From the NCBI GenBank assembly GCA_902496775.1, contig CABVCF010000001.1, positions 1 through 50,601 of the forward strand: a stretch of 50,601 nt of DNA, read 5' to 3'. Below, one piece after another: positions 38,369 through 47,895 of the stretch; the stretch's first letter is position 1; every line of letters starts with the position of its first letter. The notes under the pieces are model-generated. The model was not told the DNA's origin. It searched no databases and saw only the letters and a program-made list of their open reading frames with translations. The position numbers were made by a program, and so were the translations under genes. This DNA is from an uncultured Collinsella sp. GTDB lineage: Bacteria; Actinomycetota; Coriobacteriia; Coriobacteriales; Coriobacteriaceae.

Positions 38369-39285
38369 CCTTTGACCTGTACGACACCGTCGACTCTTTT
38401 ATCGCCTATATCGCGCGCGTCGAGGGACTTTCTCCCAACACGGTGACGGCCTATGGCTCGAGGCTGGAGCGCTTCGCTGCCTGGTGCGAGCGCGAGGATA
38501 TCGATGCTTTCGCTGCCGACGTGCGCACCATTCGTCGCTATCTTGCCGAGCTTTCGCGTGAGCAGGTGGCTCCCCGAACGCTTGCGGCGCACCTGTCGGC
38601 TATTCGATCTCTCTATCGCTGGATGGCTGCCGAGGGGATTGTCGAGGGCGATGCGGTCTCGGCGATCGCGTCGCCCAAGCTGCCGCGTGACCTGCCGGGC
38701 GTCCTTACGACCCAGCAGGTCGAGGCGCTGCTCAAGACGCCTGATACCTCAACACCCGCGGGACTGCGCGATGCGGCGATGCTCGAGTTGCTCTATGCCT
38801 CGGGTGCCCGCATCTCAGAGCTTGCGGCGCTCAATGTGGAATCCATCTCATGGTCCGAGCGCACGCTGCGACTTTGGGGCAAGGGGAGCAAGGAGCGTAT
38901 CGTCCCTCTGTATCGTCGTGCGCTCGAGGTGACGCATCTCTATATTGAGGAGGGGAGGCCGGAGTTGCTCGCTCAGGCAAAGCGCCGCGACCTCGCCACT
39001 GGGCCGCATCCGCTGCTTATATCGGCGCGTGGCAATCGCATGAGCGCCGCCATGCTCCGGCGGCGGTTCCATACGCTGGCGACGCTCGCCGGCATTCCGG
39101 CCGACATCGCCCCGCATGCGATGCGCCATACCTTTGCGACCGACTTGCTCGAGGGCGGTGCGGACCTGCGCTCGGTTCAAGAGCTGCTAGGTCATGCGAG
39201 CCTGTCCACGACGCAGATCTACACGCATCTCACGCCCGATCGGCTCAAACGTGCCGTGGCTCAAGCCCATCCCCGCGGCGAATAG
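38365..39285 (+). CDS. xerC: Tyrosine recombinase XerC (XerC/D family), probable non-canonical start
   Basis: Catalytic R (GARISE), K (GKGSKER), HxxR (HAMRH), LGH and Y (TQIY). The conserved N-terminus FIAYIARVEGLSPNT lies upstream of the GTG at 38443; ATA 38365 follows GGAGG. Confidence 0.88.
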   Translation: MAFDLYDTVDSFIAYIARVEGLSPNTVTAYGSRLERFAAWCEREDIDAFAADVRTIRRYLAELSREQVAPRTLAAHLSAIRSLYRWMAAEGIVEGDAVSAIASPKLPRDLPGVLTTQQVEALLKTPDTSTPAGLRDAAMLELLYASGARISELAALNVESISWSERTLRLWGKGSKERIVPLYRRALEVTHLYIEEGRPELLAQAKRRDLATGPHPLLISARGNRMSAAMLRRRFHTLATLAGIPADIAPHAMRHTFATDLLEGGADLRSVQELLGHASLSTTQIYTHLTPDRLKRAVAQAHPRGE

Positions 39286-39334
39286 TGGCTGGGACGTCCC
39301 GCGCCGCACTCAGGTGTGTGGTTTTGATTGCGGG

Positions 39335-39363
39335 TTGGCAGGAAGATGCATTCCTGCTATCAT
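39335..39363 (+). promoter_or_regulatory. Promoter of rpsB-tsf
   Basis: TTGGCA-17 nt-TATCAT with TGn extension. Confidence 0.7.
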
Positions 39364-39396
39364 TCATCGGGTTGCTTCACGGCAACATGTTTTTAT

Positions 39397-39490
39397 CACG
39401 CACGCGCGGCTACTTCATACCGTGGTGCCCGGGCTTTGGTAGCACATGTCCGGGTTGGTTTTGGAGGATGACCCCGCGCGGAGGCAAACC
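39397..39490 (+). ncRNA. S2 ribosomal leader (t44 RNA)
   Basis: CACGCACGC...CCGTGGTGCCC...GGGTTGGT...GCGCGGAGGCAAACC matches the conserved layout of the rpsB autoregulatory leader, directly upstream of rpsB. Confidence 0.8.
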
Positions 39491-39504
39491 ACAGGAGGTT
39501 TAAC

Positions 39505-40233
39505 ATGGCTACCAAGATTAATATCCGCACCCTGCTCGAGGCCGGCTGCCACTTCGGTCACCAGACCCGTCGCTGGAACCCCAAGATGAAGCCGTTCATC
39601 TTCGGTGAGCGCAACGGCATCTACATCCTCGACCTCAAGCAGACCATCCTCGACGCCGACCAGGCCTACACCTTCGTCAAGAACGTCGCCAAGGGTGGCA
39701 ACGTGCTGTTCGTCGGCACCAAGAAGCAGGCTCAGGAGGCCGTCAAGAACGCTGCTGAGCGCGCCAACATGCCTTACATCAACCAGCGTTGGCTCGGCGG
39801 TATGCTGACCAACTTCGTCACCATCCGCTCCCGCATCAACCGCATGGAGGAGCTCGAGGCCATGGTCGAGGACGGCCGCATGGCTGTTCTGCCCAAGAAG
39901 GAGCAGGCTGTTCTCGGCAAGGAGCTCACCAAGCTCCAGACCAACCTCGGTGGCGCCCGCGACATGAAGGGTCTGCCCCAGGCTCTCTTCGTCATCGACA
40001 CCAAGCGCGAGGAGAACGCCATCAAGGAGGCCCAGCGCCTGAACATCCCCGTCGTCGCTCTGATCGACACCAACTCCGATCCCGACGAGGTCGAGTACGG
40101 CATCCCCTGCAACGATGACGCTATCTCCGCTGTCACCCTTATGTGCGAGCTCATGGCTGACGCCTGCCTCGCTGGCTCCGGCAAGGAGCAGGTCTCCGAG
40201 GCCGAGATGGCCGCTGAGCCCAAGGCCGAGTAA
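39505..40233 (+). CDS. rpsB: 30S ribosomal protein S2
   Basis: [37 protein letters not shown]. Confidence 0.98.
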   Translation: MATKINIRTLLEAGCHFGHQTRRWNPKMKPFIFGERNGIYILDLKQTILDADQAYTFVKNVAKGGNVLFVGTKKQAQEAVKNAAERANMPYINQRWLGGMLTNFVTIRSRINRMEELEAMVEDGRMAVLPKKEQAVLGKELTKLQTNLGGARDMKGLPQALFVIDTKREENAIKEAQRLNIPVVALIDTNSDPDEVEYGIPCNDDAISAVTLMCELMADACLAGSGKEQVSEAEMAAEPKAE

Positions 40234-40278
40234 ATCAGTCTTAGTTAATTCTTTTTCATCTCTTTGAAAGGAACCACA

Positions 40279-41148
40279 ATGGCCCAGATTACCGCCGCTA
40301 TGGTCAAGCAGCTCCGCGAGATGACCGACTCCCCGATGATGGAGTGCAAGAAGGCTCTCGTCGAGGCTGACGGCGACATGGACGCCGCTGTCGACGTTCT
40401 GCGTAAGAACGGCCTTGCCAAGGCTGCCAAGAAGGCTGGCCGTGAGACCAACGAGGGCGCTGTCGCCGCGTTCGTCTCCGAGGATGGCAAGACCGGCGCT
40501 CTGCTCGAGCTCTCCTGCGAGACCGACTTCGTTGGCTCCAACGCCAAGTTCACCGGCTTTGCTTCCAAGGTCGCTGAGGTTGTCGCTACCACCGAGCCTG
40601 CTGACGTCGACGCTCTGCTCGAGAAGCCGTTGGGCGAGGAGACCGTTTCCTCTGAGCTCACCGAGATGATTCACATCATGGGCGAGAACATGAAGATCTC
40701 CCGCTTCGCTGCCCGCAAGGCCGAGAACGGCGCGCTCGCTTCTTACATCCACATGGGTGGTAAGATCGGCGTCCTCGTCGAGTTCGCCTTCGAGAAGGCC
40801 GAGACCGCTCAGGCTGAGTCCTTCAAGACCTTCGCTCACGACGTTGCCCTTCAGGTTGCTGCCGTCGCCCCGATCTGCGCTACCCGCGATCAGGTTCCGG
40901 CCGAGACCGTCGAGCACGAGAAGCAGATCTACATGGCCCAGGCTGCCGAGTCCGGCAAGCCCGAGGCTATCCAGGAGAAGATGGCTGTCGGCCGTCTGGA
41001 GAAGTTCTACAAGCAGTCCGTGCTCACCGAGCAGGAGTTCATCAAGGACAGCTCCCTCACCATCAAGAAGTACGCTGAGCAGGTCTCCAAGGAGCTCGGC
41101 GACACCATTACCGTCGTTGCCTTTGACCGTCTGGTCCGTGGCGAGTAA
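40279..41148 (+). CDS. tsf: Elongation factor Ts
   Basis: AAMVKQLREMT..PMMECKKAL, ELSCETDFV, YIHMGGKIG; ATG 40279 after GAAAGGA. Confidence 0.98.
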   Translation: MAQITAAMVKQLREMTDSPMMECKKALVEADGDMDAAVDVLRKNGLAKAAKKAGRETNEGAVAAFVSEDGKTGALLELSCETDFVGSNAKFTGFASKVAEVVATTEPADVDALLEKPLGEETVSSELTEMIHIMGENMKISRFAARKAENGALASYIHMGGKIGVLVEFAFEKAETAQAESFKTFAHDVALQVAAVAPICATRDQVPAETVEHEKQIYMAQAAESGKPEAIQEKMAVGRLEKFYKQSVLTEQEFIKDSSLTIKKYAEQVSKELGDTITVVAFDRLVRGE

Positions 41149-41170
41149 ATAAGCTCTTGTAGCTGGTAAT

Positions 41171-41206
41171 GAGCAGGCTGTGGGTTTTACTCACAGCCTG
41201 CTTTTT
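41171..41206 (+). terminator. Intrinsic terminator after tsf
   Basis: GAGCAGGCTGTGGG-TTTTA-CTCACAGCCTGCTTTTT. Confidence 0.8.
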
Positions 41207-41265
41207 CATGGCTCTTATCAGAGCCTTTGATATCATATTGAGAGTCTAATTAAAGGAGGATCGCT

Positions 41266-41988
41266 TTGTCCGACATCCGATATAAACGCGTGCTTCTTAA
41301 GCTTTCCGGCGAAGCACTGATGGGCGACGGCCAATATGGCATCGACCCCAAGGTTACCGACCATCTTGCCAAGCAGGTCAAGGAGCTGCTCGCCGTTGGC
41401 CATGAGGTCGGCGTCGTTGTCGGCGGCGGCAATATTTTCCGCGGCATGGCCGGCGCTGCCGGTGGCATGGAGCGTGCTCAGGCCGACTACATGGGCATGC
41501 TGGCAACCGTTATGAACGCGCTCGCCCTGCAGGATGCCTTCGAGCATAACGATGTTCCCTGCCGCGTGATGAGCGCTATCCAGATGAACGAGATCTGCGA
41601 GCCCTATATTCGCCGTCGCGCCATCAACCACCTTTCCAAGGGCAACGTTGTTATCTTTGCCGCCGGTTCGGGCAATCCGTACTTTACGACCGACACCGCC
41701 GCGGCTCTTCGTGCGTGCGAGATCGGCGCCGAGATTCTGATTAAAGCCACCAAGGTTGACGGCATCTACGACAAGGATCCCGTCAAGTGCGCCGATGCCG
41801 TCCGTTTTGACAAGATTACCTATCACGAGGTTCTCGTCCGCGGTCTGCAGGTTATGGATTCCACGGCTACGGCACTGTGCCAGGATAACCGTATGCCGAT
41901 TTTGGTCCTCAACATCGATGGCGAGGACACCGTCAAGCGCGCGCTTTCGGGTGAGCCCGTCGGCACGCTCGTCTATCAGGAGGATTAA
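41266..41988 (+). CDS. pyrH: UMP kinase
   Basis: [35 protein letters not shown]. Confidence 0.98.
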   Translation: MSDIRYKRVLLKLSGEALMGDGQYGIDPKVTDHLAKQVKELLAVGHEVGVVVGGGNIFRGMAGAAGGMERAQADYMGMLATVMNALALQDAFEHNDVPCRVMSAIQMNEICEPYIRRRAINHLSKGNVVIFAAGSGNPYFTTDTAAALRACEIGAEILIKATKVDGIYDKDPVKCADAVRFDKITYHEVLVRGLQVMDSTATALCQDNRMPILVLNIDGEDTVKRALSGEPVGTLVYQED

Positions 41989-41990
41989 GC

Positions 41991-42527
41991 ATGGCAGAGA
42001 ACATCACCGCCCATATGGACAAGTCGCTCGAGTCCCTCAAGCATAACTTCTCCAAGGTCCGTACCGGCCGCGCCAATGCCAACATTCTGTCCGACATCAC
42101 CGTCGATTATTACGGTGTTCCCACGCCGGTCACGCAGGTTGCCGCCGTCAAGACCCCCGAGGCCCACATGCTGCTCATCGAGCCGTGGGACAAGGCACTC
42201 ATCAACGCTATCGTCAAGGCCATCGGCGCTTCCGATCTGGGTATCACCCCCAACTCCGATGGCACCGTCGTTCGTCTTCCGTTCCCGGCTCCCACTGAGG
42301 AGCGCCGTCGCGAGCTCGTCAAGGAGTGCCGCGAGTACGCCGAGCAGGCCAAGGTGTCTATCCGTAACATCCGTCGCGACTTCAACAACAAGCTCGAGCG
42401 CGATGAGGAGCTCACCGAGGACGATGTCCGTCGCGAGCAGGCTAAGGTCCAGAAGCACACCGATGAGTATGTCGCCAAGGTCGAGGAGCTTCTGAAGGAA
42501 AAAGAAGCCGAGGTCATGGAGATCTAA
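41991..42527 (+). CDS. frr: Ribosome recycling factor
   Basis: VRTGRA, VDYYG, TEERRRELVK, IRNIRRD. Confidence 0.97.
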   Translation: MAENITAHMDKSLESLKHNFSKVRTGRANANILSDITVDYYGVPTPVTQVAAVKTPEAHMLLIEPWDKALINAIVKAIGASDLGITPNSDGTVVRLPFPAPTEERRRELVKECREYAEQAKVSIRNIRRDFNNKLERDEELTEDDVRREQAKVQKHTDEYVAKVEELLKEKEAEVMEI

Positions 42528-42528
42528 G

Positions 42529-43323
42529 GTGCAATACGACGAGCATAAACTGGTCGAGTACTTTGCCGACGCCCCTGCGGGCGTCGGTTTTTCCGACCTT
42601 GACCTCAATAACATTCCGCACCATATCTCGTGCATCATGGACGGCAACGGTCGTTGGGCCACGTCGCGCGGTCTTGCACGCACCGAGGGCCACAAGGCGG
42701 GTATCGTCTCCCTTCGTGAGATTATTACCGCCTGCGTGCGTCTGGGCGTCGACGTGCTTTCGGCCTATGCGTTTTCTACCGAAAACTGGAACCGCCCGCA
42801 GCATGAGGTCAACGTCTTGATGCACCTGTTTGCCAAGACGTTCATCGACGAGCTGCCGCTTCTGAAGCGCGAAAACGTGCGTGTTGTCTTTTTGGGTGAT
42901 ATTTCCGCGCTGCCCAAGAAGACCCGCGACGTTTTTGAACGCGGTCTTGCCGAGTGCGCCGATCACACCGGTATGACGCTGGCGCTTGCCGTCAACTACG
43001 GCGCGCGTGCCGAGATTACCCGCGCTGTCCGTCAGATCGCACTCGACGTTGCCGCCGGTAAGATCGATCCTGCCGCAATTGATGACGACATGGTGGCTTC
43101 CCACCTCTATACCGCCGGTCTTCCCGATCCTGAGCTTGTAATTCGCACCTCTGGTGAGCTGCGCCTTTCGAACTATCTGCTGTGGCAGGTAGCTTATTCC
43201 GAGTTCTACGTCACCGATACCTATTGGCCCGACTTTGATCGTTGGGGCCTTGTCGACGCCATTTTGGCCTATCAGGGCCGTGACCGTAGGTTTGGTGGAC
43301 TGAGCAAGACCGAGGAGGCTTAA
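42529..43323 (+). CDS. uppS: Undecaprenyl diphosphate synthase (cis-prenyltransferase)
   Basis: IMDGNGRWA, YAFSTENW.RP, IRTSGE.RLSN.LLWQ, RRFG. Confidence 0.96.
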   Translation: MQYDEHKLVEYFADAPAGVGFSDLDLNNIPHHISCIMDGNGRWATSRGLARTEGHKAGIVSLREIITACVRLGVDVLSAYAFSTENWNRPQHEVNVLMHLFAKTFIDELPLLKRENVRVVFLGDISALPKKTRDVFERGLAECADHTGMTLALAVNYGARAEITRAVRQIALDVAAGKIDPAAIDDDMVASHLYTAGLPDPELVIRTSGELRLSNYLLWQVAYSEFYVTDTYWPDFDRWGLVDAILAYQGRDRRFGGLSKTEEA

Positions 43324-43325
43324 TC

Positions 43326-44225
43326 GTGTCCGATCGTCCCAAGGCATCTGCTCCCAAGACGCCTGCGCGCAAAGCTACCGCTGCGGGAGCGCCTGCAACG
43401 AAGAGCGGCACCGGTTCGTGGCTGGCGGGCTTTATTACCCGTGCCGCCGCTGGTATCGTCTACGCCGTTGTCTTTATCCTGTGCCTGGTTTTGGGTATCG
43501 TGCCCACGGCCATCTTTGTTTCCGTCATGAGCGGTCTGTGCTGCTATGAGTTTTTCCGTATGACAAGGCTCGATGGCAAGATGGCTAACGAGCGCATGGG
43601 TATCGCTGCCGCCGTACTCTTTCCGCTGTCGGCGCTGGGCGATTCGATGTTGCTGAATGCCCTGCTTTTTGCCCTGATGCTCGCTGTGGGCATTTGGTAT
43701 GTTTGGTCGCCGCGTACCCGCATCTCTGATGTGGCCGTGACGCTCATGGGTCCCATCTACACTGGCTTTATGCTGTCGGCTATCGTGCTGCTGCGCGATG
43801 CCGTGCCCGGTTTTGCCGGCGCCCTGCTTTCGGTGGGCGTTTGCGCGTCCCTTTGGGTCTCCGATTCGATTGCCTACATCGTGGGTAGCCGTATCGGCAA
43901 GCACAAGATGGTTCCCAAGATCTCTCCCAAAAAGAGCTGGGAGGGGTTTGTCGGCGGCATCCTGGGCTCGGTTTTGATTTGGCTCATCCTGTGGGCGACG
44001 CACTTCTACAAGCTCAGCCTGCCCTATGCGCTGCTGTGCGGCGTGGTCGTGTCCGTCCTGGGCGTTATCGGAGACCTCATCGAGTCGCGCATCAAGCGCG
44101 GTGTGGGCGTTAAGGATTCCGGTAACCTTATCCCGGGCCACGGCGGCATGCTCGATCGTAGCGATTCGCTTATCATTGGCTGCATTACCGCGCAGCTGCT
44201 TTTGATGATCGGAGGCGTGCTGTAA
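43326..44225 (+). CDS. cdsA: Phosphatidate cytidylyltransferase
   Basis: Polytopic; SPKKSWEG, GDLIES.IKR..GVKDSG..IPGHGG.LDR.D. Confidence 0.95.
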   Translation: MSDRPKASAPKTPARKATAAGAPATKSGTGSWLAGFITRAAAGIVYAVVFILCLVLGIVPTAIFVSVMSGLCCYEFFRMTRLDGKMANERMGIAAAVLFPLSALGDSMLLNALLFALMLAVGIWYVWSPRTRISDVAVTLMGPIYTGFMLSAIVLLRDAVPGFAGALLSVGVCASLWVSDSIAYIVGSRIGKHKMVPKISPKKSWEGFVGGILGSVLIWLILWATHFYKLSLPYALLCGVVVSVLGVIGDLIESRIKRGVGVKDSGNLIPGHGGMLDRSDSLIIGCITAQLLLMIGGVL

Positions 44226-45412
44226 TGTCCTTCCAGACGACGTATGGCCCCGATGGACGTCTCCGTGTTGCCATCCTGGGTTGTACGGGCTCTATCGGCA
44301 CCCAGGCGCTCGATGTGTGCCGCCAGCATGCCGATCGCCTGCAGGTGACGGCGCTGTCCGTTAACTCCAGTACCTCCGAGCTCGTTGCCGCTGTCCGCGA
44401 GTTCTCGGTTCCGGCGGTTGCCGTGGCCGATGTCGCTCATGGCGATGACGCCGTGCTGCAGGAGTTGCCCGAGGGAACGAAGCTCGGCGTTGGCGCGCAG
44501 GCGGTTTGCGAGCTCGCGCGTCGCGACGATGTCGACTGCGTGCTCGTCGCTATTGTGGGCGCCGCCGGTCTCGAGGCGAGCCATGCGGCCTTGACCTCGA
44601 ATAAGCGTCTTGCCCTTGCCAACAAGGAGTCCCTCGTCGTCGGCGGCGACTTGCTTATGCCGTTGGCGCAACCGGGCCAGCTTATTCCAGTCGACTCTGA
44701 GCACTCCGCCATCTACCAGTGCTATCTGGGGGAGAACCCACGCGAGGCTCATTGTATTTGGCTCACCTGCTCGGGCGGTCCGTTCTTTGGCCGCACCCGC
44801 GACGAGCTCGACCGCGTGACGCGTGCCGATGCCCTCGCACATCCCACGTGGGCCATGGGTGCCAAGATCACCATCGACTCCGCCACCCTCATGAACAAGG
44901 GCCTGGAGCGCATTGAGGCCATGCATCTGTTTAACTGCGACCTCGATTTCATTAACGTGGTCGTGCAGCGTCAGTCCAAGATTCACTCTATGGTCGAGTT
45001 CGCGGACGGCTCCGTGATGGCGCATCTCGGTGCTTCCGACATGCGTATTCCCATCCAGTTCGCGTTCTCGTATCCCGAGCGTTGGGATACCCCGGCGCCT
45101 CGTATCGATTTCCGCGAGCTGGGGCAGCTCACGTTTGATGCTGCCGACATGGATACCTTCCGCTGTCTGGCACTGGCCGAACGTGCCGGCAAGACGGGTG
45201 GCACCATGCCGTGCGTGCTCAATGCCGCCAACGAGGTCGCCGTCGATGCCTTCCTGCACGATGGCTGCAGCTTTACCGATATCGATCGCATTGTGGAATC
45301 CTGCATGGATTCCCACGATATGCAGGCGGTCGATTCGTTTGAGCAGCTTCGCGACATCGATGCATGGGCGCGTGAAAAGGCTGCGCAGGTGCTCGCCGCA
45401 ACCCGTTCCTAA
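44225..45412 (+). CDS. dxr: 1-deoxy-D-xylulose-5-phosphate reductoisomerase
   Basis: LGCTGSIG, LANKESLV, PVDSEH, HPTWAMG.KITIDSATLMNKGLE, NAANE. Confidence 0.97.
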   Translation: MSFQTTYGPDGRLRVAILGCTGSIGTQALDVCRQHADRLQVTALSVNSSTSELVAAVREFSVPAVAVADVAHGDDAVLQELPEGTKLGVGAQAVCELARRDDVDCVLVAIVGAAGLEASHAALTSNKRLALANKESLVVGGDLLMPLAQPGQLIPVDSEHSAIYQCYLGENPREAHCIWLTCSGGPFFGRTRDELDRVTRADALAHPTWAMGAKITIDSATLMNKGLERIEAMHLFNCDLDFINVVVQRQSKIHSMVEFADGSVMAHLGASDMRIPIQFAFSYPERWDTPAPRIDFRELGQLTFDAADMDTFRCLALAERAGKTGGTMPCVLNAANEVAVDAFLHDGCSFTDIDRIVESCMDSHDMQAVDSFEQLRDIDAWAREKAAQVLAATRS

Positions 45413-45437
45413 CCCATAAGGATTGCTTTTTCGTTTT

Positions 45438-46799
45438 ATGGATACTGTTCTGAGCGTTCTCTCATCGGTCTTTTGGGGCCTGCTGATGCTTTCCGTCCTT
45501 GTGTTTTTGCACGAGGGCGGCCACTTTTTGGCGGCGCGTGCCTGCGGCGTCCGTGTGACCGAGTTCTTTTTGGGCCTACCGTGTCGCTTTGACATCCATT
45601 ACACGTCACGTCGCATTGGAACCAAGTTTGGCGTGACCCCGCTGCTGCTGGGTGGCTACGCTGCCATCTGCGGTATGGATCCGACCGACGTCTCGTGCGC
45701 CGATCGCGTGCTCGCGGCTATCTATCGTCATGGTCGCGTGACCGTGGCCGACCTTGCCGCCGAGCTCGAGCTATCCGAGGATGATGTGCTCGAGGCATGC
45801 GCCTTGCTCTTGGGTTGGGGCTCTATCGCGCCTTGGTATGAGGAGGGGGAGAAGCCCTCGCCGAGCTACTATCCCACCAAGTATCAGACGCTGCCGCGAG
45901 ACGCGGCGGGTTACACCACCTTTGACGGTCGCCGTTTCGATCGCGAACATTCAACTGCCGAGGGCGATGTGTGGGAGCTGCCGTGCGGCGAGGCCGAGTT
46001 CCTTGCGCAAGAGCGTTCGCATACCTATCTGGGCCAGGGTTTTCTCAAGCGCGCCTTTATGCTGCTCGCGGGCATTCTCGTCAATATCCTGACGGGCTTT
46101 TTGCTGCTTATGAGCATCTACTCTATTGCGGGTGTCACCGTGCCGATGGATACCAACGTGATCGGTCAGGTTGACGAGGGGTCTATTGCCGCCAAGGCGG
46201 GTATCGAGGGCGGCGACGCGATCCTTTCGGTTGACGGAGTATCGTGCTCTACCTGGATGGACGTTTACGATGCCATCGGCAAGGCTGCCGGTAAGGACGA
46301 TATCGCCATTGAGTATGAGCGTGACGGCAAGCAGCATTCGACCGCGGTTGCGCTCAAAGAGGACGAGCGCCTAGGTGTGTATGCCTCTACGCAGGTGGTC
46401 CGTTTAGACCCCATCACGTCGGCTCGACTTTCGTTCTCCTATGTCGTGCAGACAGCGGAGGGCGTGATGCGCCTGCTCCAGCCGCAGCATACGATGGAGA
46501 TTCTCGGTCAGTCTTCTTCGATCGTGGGCATTAGCGTTATGTCCTCACAGGCTGCTGCTGCCGGCCCTGCCACGTTCCTTTCGTTTGCCGCCCTCATTTC
46601 GTTCTCGCTTGGCTTTATGAACCTGCTGCCCATCCCACCACTCGATGGCGGCAAGCTGGTCATCGAGATCATTCAAAAGATTGCTGGCCGCGAGCTTCCG
46701 CTCAAGGTCCAGACGATTGTGAGCTATGTGGGCATCGCGCTCTTTGCGCTGCTGTTTGTCTATATGCTTCGTTCCGACATCCTTCGATTTGTTCTGTAG
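45438..46799 (+). CDS. rseP: RIP metalloprotease RseP (M50) with one PDZ domain and a large insertion
   Basis: HEGGH, LGGY, AG...N, PDZ (GSIAAKAGIEGGDAILSVDG), NLLPIPPLDGG; dxr-rseP-ispG synteny. Confidence 0.93.
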   Translation: MDTVLSVLSSVFWGLLMLSVLVFLHEGGHFLAARACGVRVTEFFLGLPCRFDIHYTSRRIGTKFGVTPLLLGGYAAICGMDPTDVSCADRVLAAIYRHGRVTVADLAAELELSEDDVLEACALLLGWGSIAPWYEEGEKPSPSYYPTKYQTLPRDAAGYTTFDGRRFDREHSTAEGDVWELPCGEAEFLAQERSHTYLGQGFLKRAFMLLAGILVNILTGFLLLMSIYSIAGVTVPMDTNVIGQVDEGSIAAKAGIEGGDAILSVDGVSCSTWMDVYDAIGKAAGKDDIAIEYERDGKQHSTAVALKEDERLGVYASTQVVRLDPITSARLSFSYVVQTAEGVMRLLQPQHTMEILGQSSSIVGISVMSSQAAAAGPATFLSFAALISFSLGFMNLLPIPPLDGGKLVIEIIQKIAGRELPLKVQTIVSYVGIALFALLFVYMLRSDILRFVL

Positions 46800-46812
46800 G
46801 GGAGTGTTTGGA

Positions 46813-47895
46813 TTGTCTTTATCCCATCCTTTGCCTCGCGAGTTGACGCGCCCCGTGCATGTGGGCGGTGTGCAGATCGGTGGCGGTGCGCCGGTGGTGG
46901 TCCAATCCATGACCTGCACCGATACCGCTGATGCCCAGGCAACGCTTGCGCAAGTGTGCGCGTTGGCGCAAGCTGGCTGCGATATCGTGCGTGTGAGTGT
47001 GCCCACTGAGGCCGCGCTTGAGGGTTTCCGCACCATCTGTGCCGAGTCTCCGGTGCCAATCGTTGCCGATATCCACTTTAACCACAAGCTGGCCATTGGC
47101 GCTGTGGAGGCCGGTGCCGCCAAGCTGCGCATCAATCCCGGCAATATCGGCGATTGGGCCAAGGTCGATGCCGTCATCGACGCCGCCGGCGCTGCGGGCT
47201 GTGCGATTCGCATCGGTGTCAACGCCGGCTCACTCGAGCAGGATATCGCTGAGCGCGACGAGCTTACGCAGCCCGAGAAGCTCGTGATGTCGAGCGAGCG
47301 TTTCGTCAAGCACTTTGAGGACCGCGGCTTTACGAACATTGTGCTTTCGGCCAAGGCCCATAGCGTGCAAACGACGCTTGATACCTATCGAGCCCTGTCG
47401 CGTGAGATTCCCCACGTTCCGCTTCACCTGGGCGTGACGGAGGCGGGGACCAAGCTCCAGGGCACCATCAAGAGCTCTGTAGGCTTGGGTATCTTGCTTT
47501 CCGAAGGCATTGGCGACACCATGCGTGTGTCGCTCACAGCCGATCCGGTTGAGGAGCCGCCGGTTGCCTGGGGTATTCTGCAGTCGTTGGGCCTGCGTCG
47601 CCGTGGCCCCGAGATTGTCTCGTGCCCCACATGTGCTCGCTGTCAGGTCAATCTCATTCCCATCGCCGAGGAGGTCACCGAACGGCTTAAGAACTATTCC
47701 GCGCCGCTTTCGATCGCCGTCATGGGATGTGCCGTTAATGGCCCCGGCGAGGCTTCTGATGCCGATCTGGGCGTTGCTTGCGGACGTGGTCAGGCCTTGC
47801 TCTTTTCGCATGGCCAGATCATTGGTAAAGTAGCTGAGGACCAAATTGTCGACGCGCTTATGGCCGAGGTCGACAAGCTTATTGAGGAGAAATAA
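46813..47895 (+). CDS. ispG: HMB-PP synthase IspG
   Basis: VQSMT, ADIHF, RINPGN, RIGVNAGSL, HLGVTEAG, CPTC, MGC..NGPGE; TTG 46813 after GGGGAG. Confidence 0.97.
   Translation: MSLSHPLPRELTRPVHVGGVQIGGGAPVVVQSMTCTDTADAQATLAQVCALAQAGCDIVRVSVPTEAALEGFRTICAESPVPIVADIHFNHKLAIGAVEAGAAKLRINPGNIGDWAKVDAVIDAAGAAGCAIRIGVNAGSLEQDIAERDELTQPEKLVMSSERFVKHFEDRGFTNIVLSAKAHSVQTTLDTYRALSREIPHVPLHLGVTEAGTKLQGTIKSSVGLGILLSEGIGDTMRVSLTADPVEEPPVAWGILQSLGLRRRGPEIVSCPTCARCQVNLIPIAEEVTERLKNYSAPLSIAVMGCAVNGPGEASDADLGVACGRGQALLFSHGQIIGKVAEDQIVDALMAEVDKLIEEK

Noticed and set aside
38365..39285. Tyrosine recombinase as a phage or ICE integrase
   Set aside because: Size, motifs and the trmFO-xerC-rpsB context indicate housekeeping Xer. 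No att sites or cargo genes seen.
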